This document shows, piece after piece, positions 17,816 through 26,752 of a DNA stretch of 64,000 bases. Under the pieces are notes generated by a model that did no database searches, was not told the DNA's origin, and saw nothing but the letters and a program-made list of their open reading frames with translations. Source of the DNA: Clostridia bacterium. GTDB taxonomy: Bacteria; Bacillota; Clostridia; Oscillospirales; CAG-272. Every line of letters starts with the position of its first letter. Within the stretch, counting starts at the first letter, position 1. The stretch covers positions 71,460-135,459 of the forward strand of contig JAFQPM010000021.1 in assembly GCA_017411745.1 (NCBI GenBank), read 5' to 3'. The position numbers and the translations under genes were made by a program.

Positions 17816-18793
17816 TTAACAGTTTAACGAATCAATATATTTTTTTCGGCAAAGAAGCGCAATTCCCGCGGCGTTGTCAGAGGAAAACTCTGGTGCCGAA
17901 AAATAAGTATTATCAACCGCCGCAAGTCGCGTGCCGATACGCTTGTTGCTCATCACGCCGCCCGCGTATATTATCGGAATGTTGCCGTACGCCTCGCGCA
18001 GATTTTCGGTCAACCTGAAGAGCGTATCAGCGACAAAATCAAAGCAAAACGCCGAAACCGTAGCCTTATCCCCCGTTTTCTCGTAAAGAGATTTCGAAAG
18101 ATTTTCAAGTCCCGAAAGATTGCACTCAAGACCGCGCACCGATATCCTCGTCTTCACAGTAGGAATATCTCTGTCCGCGAGAAGACTCTCCATCTCCCTT
18201 CCGCAAGGGAATCCGAGTCCCATCATCACACCCGCACGATCGATAGCCTGTCCCGCGTTTATGTCGACAGTACCGCCTACAAGCTCGACCGAAAAACCGT
18301 CTGCCTTCGGCGTAACGAGCAATATCTCGGTAGTTCCGCCCGAGACGTGAAACGCGGCAAAGCGCTCGCCGTTCTCGATAAGATCAAGCCTGCCCGCCGA
18401 ATAAAGCGCCGCCATAATGTGACCACTCTGATGCGAAAAAGCAAAGCTTTGGCAGCCAAGCGTTGCCGACACGGCAGAAGCAACCGCCGCGCCTGACAAA
18501 AAGCAAGGCATATAAGATCCCTCAATGTCGCGCGGAGTCTTGGAATATCCAACCGCCACTATCTCCCTATCGGGATAATTGCGGTCAAGAAACTCCCTAA
18601 CTCCGTCCATTATCACGGGCAGATTTTTTGTATGTGCGAAAAGTGCGTCACTCTGCCTCAGTCCTCGCTCGCCCTCGGCTACGGGAAGTAATTTTTTAAG
18701 ATTTAAAACCACGTCACCCTCAAGCGTGCAAAGCGCCGCTGAGGTCGTGTAGTTGCTCGTGTCGATCCCAAGGATCAGCTTTGACTCAAGCAT
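17816..18793 (-). CDS. Kae1/TsaD (peptidase M22) family protein, divergent paralog
   Basis: LGIDTSNYTTSAAL (ASKHA phosphate-1), HQSGH metal motif and a C-terminal GGVMSN block. 8-nt overlap with nusB. Confidence 0.65.
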   Translation of the reverse strand: MLESKLILGIDTSNYTTSAALCTLEGDVVLNLKKLLPVAEGERGLRQSDALFAHTKNLPVIMDGVREFLDRNYPDREIVAVGYSKTPRDIEGSYMPCFLSGAAVASAVSATLGCQSFAFSHQSGHIMAALYSAGRLDLIENGERFAAFHVSGGTTEILLVTPKADGFSVELVGGTVDINAGQAIDRAGVMMGLGFPCGREMESLLADRDIPTVKTRISVRGLECNLSGLENLSKSLYEKTGDKATVSAFCFDFVADTLFRLTENLREAYGNIPIIYAGGVMSNKRIGTRLAAVDNTYFSAPEFSSDNAAGIALLCRKKYIDSLNC

Positions 18794-19289
18794 TTTCGGC
18801 GCTATCGGACTCCTCAGAGGACTTTTCCGCAGAAGTCTGTATACCGTTTACCGCCTCGGCGATGACCGCCTCGGCGCCGTTTGCCTCAATATCCTTGAAC
18901 ACGCCCGAAAGTACGCCGTTAACGAACTGCTTCGCCTTGTCCTCACCGAACTTCAACGAAAGCGAAACCGCCTGACTGATCGAAACGTTCATCGGAATAT
19001 CCTCAACGAAAAGCATCTCGTAGACCGCGATTCTGATAACAGTCCTTGACACTCTTGACAGTCTGTCGGCTCTCCAGCCCTTCGCATATCTGCTGATCAC
19101 AGCGTCAAGCACGCTTGCCTTTGCGAGAATACCGAAAAAGCTCTCGCGCACGTACTTATCGTTGGGAATTTCTCTGTCCTCACAAGCAAGATCGTAAATA
19201 GCCGCAGGCTCCTTGCCGCCTTGAAACTCGGTCTCAAAAAGCAGACCGAAAAGTGTCTCTCTTGCTTCTTGTCTGGTAAGCTTTGCCAT
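18786..19289 (-). CDS. nusB: Transcription antitermination factor NusB (with acidic C-terminal tail)
   Basis: MAKLTRQEARETLFGLLFE..F is the NusB N-terminus. ATG 19289 follows AGGAG; the track start at 19358 has no support. Confidence 0.88.
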   Translation of the reverse strand: MAKLTRQEARETLFGLLFETEFQGGKEPAAIYDLACEDREIPNDKYVRESFFGILAKASVLDAVISRYAKGWRADRLSRVSRTVIRIAVYEMLFVEDIPMNVSISQAVSLSLKFGEDKAKQFVNGVLSGVFKDIEANGAEAVIAEAVNGIQTSAEKSSEESDSAENA

Positions 19290-19579
19290 ATATAAAAAAC
19301 TCCTGTCCGCCGCAAAAACGGCTTGATAAAAATTCATTTTCTTTCCGCCGATAAACACACTCTCTCGCGCACGCGCGGAAAATAATCCACCTTATATTAT
19401 ACACAAAAAGGGGGTAAATGTCAAGGCGAAAGAGCGATTAATATGCAAAAAACTGAAAATTTATTCACTCTCTCGGCCAAAAATACTCCAATATTGTAAA
19501 TAAATTATAAAACTGCTTGAAATACAAGTCAAATTATGATAAAATTAATATGTACAACTTTACGCAAGGAACGTTTATT

Positions 19580-20053
19580 ATGGACATAAAGAAATTTTTT
19601 AAAAACCTTCTCTTTTTCGGTTCGGTATATTATACCGTGATCACAACAGTGCTTATTCTGATCGCCTCGCTTCTCCCGGGCGACTCCGCGCCACTCATAG
19701 AAACGAAACGCTTTCTTCTCATACTCCTATTCTCGTTTATGATGGGGATCGGTAGTGCCCTTTTGCGTGCAAACGTAATGAATCGAACCGCGGCAAGCCT
19801 CACGCATGCCGCCTGCTACGTTCTCGGATTTTTACTTTTCGTTGCGCTCGGCGGAGCGAATTTTTCCACAACCGTCATATTCACGCTTGTGTTCGCGATA
19901 ATTTACGTCACAGTCACCCTCATAGCAAGAAAGCTCTTAAAAATAGGCGTCGATAACGAAAAAAAGCTTTCCCAAAGCACCTCAAGTCCCAAAGGAAAAC
20001 CCCAAAAGAGCAAAAAACAAAAATCCACCTACACCAATCAATTTTTAAAATAA
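19580..20053 (+). CDS. Small integral membrane protein, function unknown
   Basis: Four predicted hydrophobic helices and a basic C-terminal tail (KGKPQKSKKQK). ATG 19580 is preferred over the TTG at 19517. Confidence 0.5.
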   Translation: MDIKKFFKNLLFFGSVYYTVITTVLILIASLLPGDSAPLIETKRFLLILLFSFMMGIGSALLRANVMNRTAASLTHAACYVLGFLLFVALGGANFSTTVIFTLVFAIIYVTVTLIARKLLKIGVDNEKKLSQSTSSPKGKPQKSKKQKSTYTNQFLK

Positions 20054-20062
20054 GAGCGAAAA

Positions 20063-20845
20063 ATGTCGGAACAAAGATTTAATAAAACCGCGAAAGCTCT
20101 CGTCACGGCGATCATTATACTAACCGTCGCCTGCGCAGTTTCGCTCATAACTATGCTTTTTCGCGGAATAAGAAGTGATATTTTCAAAAAAAACGAAAAA
20201 GAAGCTCCCGTCACCATAAAGCTTGCAGAAACCTCAGACTACGGACAATACTACGTAGACAGTATAGTGTTTGTCGGTGACTCCACGATAGCAGGAATGA
20301 TAAACGCGGGAGTCCTCAAAAACGGTACCGAGACCGATCAGGTTTGGACGGGCGAGAATGGAGATCTGCCGCTTGATTATAATATCGACACGGCAACGGT
20401 TGTCTGCTCAAAGGACGGAAAGCTCCTAACGATAGCCTCCGCAATCGAAGAAAGAAGACCCGAGTATATCGTAATAACTTTGGGAATAAATAACGGCGTT
20501 CCTTATTGCACCGAGGAAAACTTCAAAGCATACTATCAGAAGCTCATCACCTCAATAAAGGACACTTCCCCGAACGCAAGAATAATTTTGCAATCTATCC
20601 TCCCGGTGTCTGAAAAGTACGCAAAAAGCACCTCGGGAGTGACCGCAAATAAGATAGACACCGCAAACCAATGGATCGCAGAGCTCGCCGAGCAAAACGG
20701 CGTAAGATATCTCGATACTGCATCTGCACTCAAAAACTCAAAAGGATATCTCGACACGAAATACGATTCGGGAAACGGCTTGCATCTCAACGCAAGCGGC
20801 TATAACGCCATGCTGACCTACATAAGAACCCACGGCTATAGATAA
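20063..20845 (+). CDS. Membrane-anchored SGNH/GDSL-family hydrolase
   Basis: N-terminal TM helix, then block I VFVGDSTIAG, block III GINNG and block V DSGNGLHLN (D..H). Confidence 0.8.
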   Translation: MSEQRFNKTAKALVTAIIILTVACAVSLITMLFRGIRSDIFKKNEKEAPVTIKLAETSDYGQYYVDSIVFVGDSTIAGMINAGVLKNGTETDQVWTGENGDLPLDYNIDTATVVCSKDGKLLTIASAIEERRPEYIVITLGINNGVPYCTEENFKAYYQKLITSIKDTSPNARIILQSILPVSEKYAKSTSGVTANKIDTANQWIAELAEQNGVRYLDTASALKNSKGYLDTKYDSGNGLHLNASGYNAMLTYIRTHGYR

Positions 20846-20851
20846 AAAAAC

Positions 20852-20881
20852 AGGGCTTTCACACAAATGTGTGAAAGCCCT
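20852..20881. terminator. Bidirectional terminator (SGNH gene / array paralog P1)
   Basis: 14-bp stem AGGGCTTTCACACA/TGTGTGAAAGCCCT, with A7 upstream and a T-rich run downstream. Confidence 0.85.
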
Positions 20882-20892
20882 TTAAATTTTTG

Positions 20893-22527
20893 TCAATCCT
20901 CTTTCTTACGGAAAGCAACCGCACCGACGACCGATACGACAGCAACGACCGTAGCAGCGCCAAAGCCTACGACCGATCCGCAACCGTTTTTAACAGCAGG
21001 CTCGGGAACAAGATCGTCAGCCGTGCTCTGCTCATCGTCTTTAGCGGTGGTCTGACCATCCTCAACCGACGAAGTAACCTCTGTCTGTTCCGCAGTAGTC
21101 TGCTCGCTGGTCGGCTCCGTCTCGGGAACATAGCCAAGTCCCTCAATGTAGCTCATAAAGTAAGCCTCAGCGTCCTCCTCGCTTGCAAAGAACGCAATAA
21201 AGCAAACGTCAAACGTGTTAGCACCGGGAGTTGTGATATCAACGTTCTGCGCATCAAAACGAACGCCGTTGATTCGACCCGTATAATCCGAAAGCTCCGA
21301 AACGTCAACCGTGAAGGATAAATAACTGTCCTCTCCGATGTAGTAAGAATCCCAGGATACTCCGCTATTGGATATCTGGCAGTTAGGTCCTGGAGAAACG
21401 TTATCTCCGGTCATAATATATACGTTTCCGGTCTCAAAAGCGCCGCAAAGTCCGTCAATCTTGTCTTCCTCACTGCAAGTACAAAGATTTCTCGTTACCA
21501 TCATTGCTACGGGAAAATCCTCGATCGCGTAAGACGTAGCGTTTTCAACCGTCCAAGTGCCCGTACCCGTCGAAGCATTGCCTGCGACGATCTTGATCGT
21601 GTAATCATCGTTGATAGAAACAGCCTCACCCGTAGTTGACGCGGGAGCAGACTTGATATTAGAATTATCAACGTCACCGTTCATAAATATAGCAGGCTGA
21701 CCGGGCGCTATGTCGGGATCTTCAACCAAGGGCGCAGTCACGTAATTGTATGACCAATCCTCAGGCTCAGCACTGTCATCACCCGCAGGAGTCGCGCAAT
21801 CCTCTGCACTTGTGCCGTACTTAAGAAGAGTGCAAGCCACCTTACCGTTAAGCTCGCTGTGCTGCAAAGCAAATCCCGCGTATGCAAGACTGTCATCTCC
21901 GCCCCACTTTTCGTTCATATACTTGATAACACTTGAAGGCGCGGCAACTCCGTTAATAGTATATGCAAAGGTAGAGTTTTCATCATCCCAAGAGATTTCG
22001 GCAATGAAAACAGTCCTCTCTTCGTCGCCGTAAGTGACGGTTTTCTTGGGGATCTGGTTAGTCTGAGGTTGCTGATCACAATCTCCGGCATACCAGAAAT
22101 TTATATTGTTACCCGTAGGACGAATGTGATTATAAACACCGTTTCCGTGCCCCTTCTCACCCGGGGTCATATGCATATTATCCCAGAAAATAAAGGTAAA
22201 CCATGAATCAAGCCCACCGCTAAAATTAAACTCGTCGATTCTTATCTCCATATAAACGCCGTCCTTGAGATCGACCTTATCCTTGGAAACAAAACGTGCC
22301 CAAGGGGTCTGACCCGCCCAGTTTGCTGCAGTCAGATGGAATCCATCGTCATCATAATTGTATCCCGCAACCGATTCATAATCACTCTTGGGCGCACTGC
22401 CGTCGTACTGGTCTGCTCTGCCAACAGCCACCCAATCACCCTCGACCGCAGCCGTTGGTATCGTCGCCACGATAAGCAATGAAACGATCATCGCAATAGC
22501 AAGAACCATAGAAATAAATTTTTTCAT
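20893..22527 (-). CDS. Secreted surface protein, array paralog P1 (signal peptide, two conserved modules, acidic stalk, GCGSVVGFG-TM-RKKED end)
   Basis: 544 aa. ATG 22527 (MKKFISMVLAIAMIV...) follows AAGGAGAA; the track ATG 22557 lies in the 5' UTR. See findings. Confidence 0.85.
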   Translation of the reverse strand: MKKFISMVLAIAMIVSLLIVATIPTAAVEGDWVAVGRADQYDGSAPKSDYESVAGYNYDDDGFHLTAANWAGQTPWARFVSKDKVDLKDGVYMEIRIDEFNFSGGLDSWFTFIFWDNMHMTPGEKGHGNGVYNHIRPTGNNINFWYAGDCDQQPQTNQIPKKTVTYGDEERTVFIAEISWDDENSTFAYTINGVAAPSSVIKYMNEKWGGDDSLAYAGFALQHSELNGKVACTLLKYGTSAEDCATPAGDDSAEPEDWSYNYVTAPLVEDPDIAPGQPAIFMNGDVDNSNIKSAPASTTGEAVSINDDYTIKIVAGNASTGTGTWTVENATSYAIEDFPVAMMVTRNLCTCSEEDKIDGLCGAFETGNVYIMTGDNVSPGPNCQISNSGVSWDSYYIGEDSYLSFTVDVSELSDYTGRINGVRFDAQNVDITTPGANTFDVCFIAFFASEEDAEAYFMSYIEGLGYVPETEPTSEQTTAEQTEVTSSVEDGQTTAKDDEQSTADDLVPEPAVKNGCGSVVGFGAATVVAVVSVVGAVAFRKKED

Positions 22528-22578
22528 ACCTTTTCTCCTTGATAAATATTTTTGCAAAACACGGGTTCTACTTTTTTA

Positions 22579-22607
22579 ATTTTATCACGAAATTGGGGCA
22601 AAGTAAA
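22579..22607 (-). promoter_or_regulatory. Promoter of P1
   Basis: Sense strand reads AATTTACT - 17 nt - (TGa)TAAAAT. Confidence 0.7.
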
Positions 22608-22664
22608 TTCTCATTATAAACAAATTGAACGTTTTATTTTTGTTAGTATTGACAAACAAAAAAA

Positions 22665-22696
22665 GGTGGCTGTCACACGTTTGTGTGACAGCCACC
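22665..22696 (-). terminator. Terminator of P2
   Basis: 14-bp stem GGTGGCTGTCACAC/GTGTGACAGCCACC, followed by T7 on the minus strand. Confidence 0.85.
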
Positions 22697-22750
22697 AAAA
22701 AGTCAGGAACGGATTATAAGTGAGATTTTGAATCCGTTATGTATCCTTAA

Positions 22751-24394
22751 TTAGTCTTCCTTTTTCTTGAAGGAAACGAAGCCTGCAACGGATGCAACGG
22801 CAACGATTGCGATAGCGCCAAAGCCAACTACGCTTCCGCAGCCGCCCTGTGCATCGTCATCAGAAGGAGCAGCGGTGGTTCCTGCGGGCTTATCGTCCTC
22901 AGGAGCAGCGGTGGTTACATCAGGAGCCTTGGTAGTTTCCTCGGTAGTCTCCTCGGTAGTCTCCTCGGTGGTCTCTTCGGTAGTATCGTCTGCATCGGGA
23001 TCTTCCCAACCAAGGCTGGTGAGGTAGTTCTCGAAGTAAGCGTTAGCATCATCCTCGGTTGCGAAGCATGCTATGAAGCAAATGTCGAAGGTGTTAGCAC
23101 CGGGAGTAGTTGTATCAATGTTCGTAAGGTCAAAACGAACGGCATTGATTCTGCCGGAGAACGCGGAAATCTCGGAAGCATCAAGCATCATGCAAAGATA
23201 TCCGTCGTCGCCGATGTAGTAGGAATCCCAAGATACCGATGCGGAAGCCATACAGCCTGCGTCAGCGGTAAGATGATCGCCGGTCATAAGATATACGTTA
23301 CTGGTCTCGTAAGCGCCGCAACGTCCATCGACCTTATCATCTTCGGTACAAGTGCAGAAGTTCTTGGTAACCATCATAATGATAGGAAGGTCTTCAACAG
23401 CATAAGACGTAGCGTTCTCAACTATCCATGATCCTGTAGCGGAGGAAGAGTTGCCGGCTACGATCTTAACAGTGCCGTCCTCATTGAAGGTAATGGTCTC
23501 ACCGGAAGCAGAACCGGGAAGAGCCTTGATGTTGGAGTCAAGACTACCGTTCATAAAGATACCGGGCTGACCTGCCTCAAAGGAAGGATTCTCAACAACG
23601 GGAGCAGTTACGTAATTGGTAGAATAGTCGACAGGATCAGCGTAATCATCACCTGCGGGAACGGTAGCGTCGTCAGCGCTGGTGCCAAACTTGGTCATCG
23701 TGCAGCTGATAGCCTCGTCCTTGCTGTTGTGCTGGAATGCAAATCCAACGTAAGCTTCGCTGTCATCGCCGCCCCACTTCTCATTCATGTAAGTGATAGC
23801 TGCTTCAGCTGCAGCTTTACCGTTGATGGTGTATGTGAAGGTGCTGTTTGCCTCATCCCAAGCAATAACAACGGTGAGGTTGTGCTTACCATCCTCATCG
23901 ATATCCTGGGGAATGTCTTCCCATGTCTTAGGATTCAACTGAGTAAAGCCACCTGTAAACCAATAAGTGGTGTTGTTGATACCGGGACGGATAAGGTTCT
24001 GAAGACCTGTGCCGTAGTTAGGGTCACCGGGGGTCATAACCTGCTGGTCCCAAAGCATAACGTTGAACCAAGAGTCAAGACCTGCACCGTAGTTGAACTC
24101 ATCGATTCTGATCTCCATGTAAACGCCTGCCTTAAGGTCGATCTTGTTCTTGGAAACGAATCTTGCCCAAGGGGTCTGACCTGCCCAGTTAGCAGCGGTT
24201 ACGTGGAAACCGTCAGTTGTGTACTCGTATCCTGCTACGGAATTGTACTCCTCTTCGCCGATCTCCTCATTTTCCTGCTTTGCCTGAGCAACAACGGTCC
24301 AATCACCGTCGATAGCTGCTGTAGGAAGGGTAGCAACTATAACGAGAGAGAGCATCATTGCGAGAGTAAGCAAGATAGAAAGAAACTTTTTCAT
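22751..24394 (-). CDS. Secreted surface protein, array paralog P2
   Basis: 547 aa. ATG 24394 (MKKFLSILLTLAMML...) follows AAGGAGAA. Same architecture as P1, with a (TTEE)n stalk. Confidence 0.85.
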   Translation of the reverse strand: MKKFLSILLTLAMMLSLVIVATLPTAAIDGDWTVVAQAKQENEEIGEEEYNSVAGYEYTTDGFHVTAANWAGQTPWARFVSKNKIDLKAGVYMEIRIDEFNYGAGLDSWFNVMLWDQQVMTPGDPNYGTGLQNLIRPGINNTTYWFTGGFTQLNPKTWEDIPQDIDEDGKHNLTVVIAWDEANSTFTYTINGKAAAEAAITYMNEKWGGDDSEAYVGFAFQHNSKDEAISCTMTKFGTSADDATVPAGDDYADPVDYSTNYVTAPVVENPSFEAGQPGIFMNGSLDSNIKALPGSASGETITFNEDGTVKIVAGNSSSATGSWIVENATSYAVEDLPIIMMVTKNFCTCTEDDKVDGRCGAYETSNVYLMTGDHLTADAGCMASASVSWDSYYIGDDGYLCMMLDASEISAFSGRINAVRFDLTNIDTTTPGANTFDICFIACFATEDDANAYFENYLTSLGWEDPDADDTTEETTEETTEETTEETTKAPDVTTAAPEDDKPAGTTAAPSDDDAQGGCGSVVGFGAIAIVAVASVAGFVSFKKKED

Positions 24395-24459
24395 CTTTTT
24401 TCTCCTTAAAAATAAATAATTTTGTGCAAAAGACAAATCTCCAATCTTTTGTTATATAT

Positions 24460-24488
24460 ATTTTAGCACGAAAAGCAAATAAAGTAAA
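24460..24488 (-). promoter_or_regulatory. Promoter of P2
   Basis: Sense strand reads AATTTACT - 17 nt - (TGc)TAAAAT. Confidence 0.7.
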
Positions 24489-24589
24489 TTCGCATTATTC
24501 ACAAATTCCCCAATTCATTTTTGTTAGTATTGACAAACACAAAATTGTATCATCATAGCAATATTACGCATATTCGGATCTTCTAAAAA

Positions 24590-24620
24590 GAGGCTGTCGC
24601 GCAAGCACGCGACAGCCTCT
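24590..24620 (-). terminator. Terminator of P3
   Basis: 13-bp stem GAGGCTGTCGCGC/GCGCGACAGCCTC-type hairpin, followed by T5 on the minus strand. Confidence 0.75.
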
Positions 24621-24671
24621 TGGATTTCGGATCAGATTATTTTACGCCTCCGACCCATTATTGGTTTTTTA

Positions 24672-26492
24672 TCAGTCTTTCTTCTTTTTGAAAGAAACAA
24701 ATCCTGCAACAGCAACAACCGTAACGATCGCAACCGTACCGAGTCCGACTACACTTCCGCATCCGCCCAAGAGTGAATTAAGGATCTCGTCCTCAATATC
24801 GTTCAAATCATCATTGTCTGAATCGATTTTGGAATCGTCTTCAGCAGAAGTATGCTCGGGAGTATCCGTAGTCTCGGACATCTCAGCAGTTTCAATACCC
24901 GTAGACTCTGCAATTTCGGTCGTCTCGGGAGCTTCGGTAGTGTCAACAAATGTAGTATCAGGGGGCTCCGTAGTATCAAAGATCTCTGTAGTCTCCATAA
25001 CCGTTGTTTCAACAACATCTGTAGTTTCTTCTATAACAGTGGTCTCGGATGTAGTGGTGGTCACTTCATCAGGGGTTTCAGTAGATTCTTCTTCCCTGTC
25101 ATCATAACCAAGATCATTTATGTAGTTCATAAAATACGCATTTGCATCGTCGTACGTTGCAAAAAACGCTACGTAGCAAATATCGAAGGTACTAGCACCA
25201 GGTCTGAACATATCAATCTGAGAAACGTCAAAGCGAACGGCATTGATCCTTCCCGTAAATGAAGGAATTTCAGATACGTCTACGGTAAACTCAAGGTAAC
25301 TGTCTTCACCTATGTAATAAGAATCCCAACTTACCGACGTAGAAAGCATACAGCTTGCATCAGGCACCAATTTGTTCCCGACCATAATGTACGCATGAGC
25401 GTACTCGAAAGCTCCGCAAAGGCCATCATACTTGTCCTCCTCTATACACGTGCATAGGTTTCTCGTAACCACCGTCATTATGGGGAAATCCTCAATGGCG
25501 TAAGAGGTGGCGTTCTCAACGATCCAATTTCCCGTAGCGGAGTAAGAGTTGAAAGCTGTGATCTCGACTGTGTCGTCATCGTTGATAGATATAACTTCTC
25601 CGGTAGCCGATTTGGGATAATTTTTAATGTGAGAGTCAAGATTACCGTTCATAAAGATGGCTGGCTGCCCTGCTTCGACCTGAGAACCTTCAACTATAGG
25701 AGCGTTTACGTAGTTGAGAGAGTAATCAATAGGATCAGCGTAATCGTCACCTGCGGGAGTAACGGCATCATCAGCACTTGTGCCAAACTTGGTAAGTGTG
25801 CAGCTTATATCCTCGCCCTTGCTGTTGTGCTGGAAGCAAAAGCCAACGTATGCCTCGCTGTCATTGCCGCCCCATTTCTCGTTCATATAAGCAATAGCAC
25901 CCTCTGCAGCAGAAACACCGTTAATGGTGTATACGAAGGTGCTGTTGACCTCGTCCCAAGAAATAACAACGGTAAGGTTGTGCTTTCCATTCTCATCGAT
26001 ATCCTGAGGAACATCTTCTCTGTCATACGAAGGAACCTGATTAAAAGGTCCTGTAAACCAATGAGTAACGTTGCCAATACCGGGGCGGATAAGGTTCTGG
26101 ACACCTTCTCCGTAATGAGTATTTCCGGGAGTCATGACCTGCTGATCCCAAAGCATAACGTTGAACCAAGAGTCAAGACTTGCGTCGTAGTTGAACTCAT
26201 CGATTCTGATCTCCATATAAACGCCTTCCTTAAGGTCGACCTTGTTTCTGGAAACGAATCTTGCCCAAGGTGTCTGACCCGCCCAGTTGGCAGAGATCAA
26301 ACGAAAGCCATCCATGCAATACTCATATCCAGCTACAGATTTGTACTCATCCTCTGGGATTTCCCCAAATTCTTGATCTGCCTGAGCAACAACAACCCAA
26401 TCGCCATCAATAGCAGCTGTAGGAATAGCAGCAACTATAATGAGAGAAATCATCAAAGCAAGCACAAGCAACAAACAAATAAGTTTTTTCAT
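24672..26492 (-). CDS. Secreted surface protein, array paralog P3 (longest stalk)
   Basis: 606 aa, RBS GGAGG, MKKLICLLLVLALMISL... Same architecture, with a stalk of about 125 aa rich in acidic and Thr residues. Confidence 0.85.
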   Translation of the reverse strand: MKKLICLLLVLALMISLIIVAAIPTAAIDGDWVVVAQADQEFGEIPEDEYKSVAGYEYCMDGFRLISANWAGQTPWARFVSRNKVDLKEGVYMEIRIDEFNYDASLDSWFNVMLWDQQVMTPGNTHYGEGVQNLIRPGIGNVTHWFTGPFNQVPSYDREDVPQDIDENGKHNLTVVISWDEVNSTFVYTINGVSAAEGAIAYMNEKWGGNDSEAYVGFCFQHNSKGEDISCTLTKFGTSADDAVTPAGDDYADPIDYSLNYVNAPIVEGSQVEAGQPAIFMNGNLDSHIKNYPKSATGEVISINDDDTVEITAFNSYSATGNWIVENATSYAIEDFPIMTVVTRNLCTCIEEDKYDGLCGAFEYAHAYIMVGNKLVPDASCMLSTSVSWDSYYIGEDSYLEFTVDVSEIPSFTGRINAVRFDVSQIDMFRPGASTFDICYVAFFATYDDANAYFMNYINDLGYDDREEESTETPDEVTTTTSETTVIEETTDVVETTVMETTEIFDTTEPPDTTFVDTTEAPETTEIAESTGIETAEMSETTDTPEHTSAEDDSKIDSDNDDLNDIEDEILNSLLGGCGSVVGLGTVAIVTVVAVAGFVSFKKKKD

Positions 26493-26546
26493 AATATTCC
26501 TCCTTCGTCAATATGTCATTCGATAAAAATCATTCCCTTACACTTA

Positions 26547-26575
26547 ATTTTAACACGAAACACAAGAAAAGTAAA
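26547..26575 (-). promoter_or_regulatory. Promoter of P3
   Basis: Sense strand reads AATTTACT - 17 nt - (TGt)TAAAAT. Confidence 0.7.
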
Positions 26576-26672
26576 TTAACAACATATACAAATCCCCCAT
26601 TTCATTTTTGTTGGTATTGCCCTGTAAAAAAATATCATAAACCTCAATCAAGCATATACACTTTTTAAAAAA

Positions 26673-26700
26673 AGGCTGCCACACGTCTGTGTGACAGCCT
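26673..26700 (-). terminator. Terminator of P4
   Basis: 12-bp stem (one G.U in the minus-strand RNA) AGGCTGTCACAC/GTGTGGCAGCCT, followed by T7 on the minus strand. Confidence 0.8.
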
Positions 26701-26752
26701 CTTGTCTTTCGGATCAGATTATTTTACGCCTCCGACCCATTATTGCTTTTTA

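Noticed and set aside
22519-22527. A-runs at the start of the paralog genes (ATGAAAAAATTT and similar) considered as phase-variation tracts.
   Set aside because: The runs are only 5-7 nt long, simply encode the Lys-Lys of the signal peptide n-region, and differ between paralogs by point changes. They are too short for efficient slippage.
22649-22654. Perfect TTGACA on the plus strand inside the conserved upstream box (also at 24530-24535), considered as a plus-strand promoter.
   Set aside because: No -10 element follows at 16-19 nt. The sequence runs straight into the neighbouring gene's terminator, and P3-P5 lack the hexamer while keeping the box.
24661-25107. Plus-strand ORFs with VVS/SSV-rich repeats (24661-25107, 22767-23027, 26691-27023, 36947-37414).
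   Set aside because: They are antisense translations of the acidic Thr/Glu stalk repeats of the surface-protein genes.
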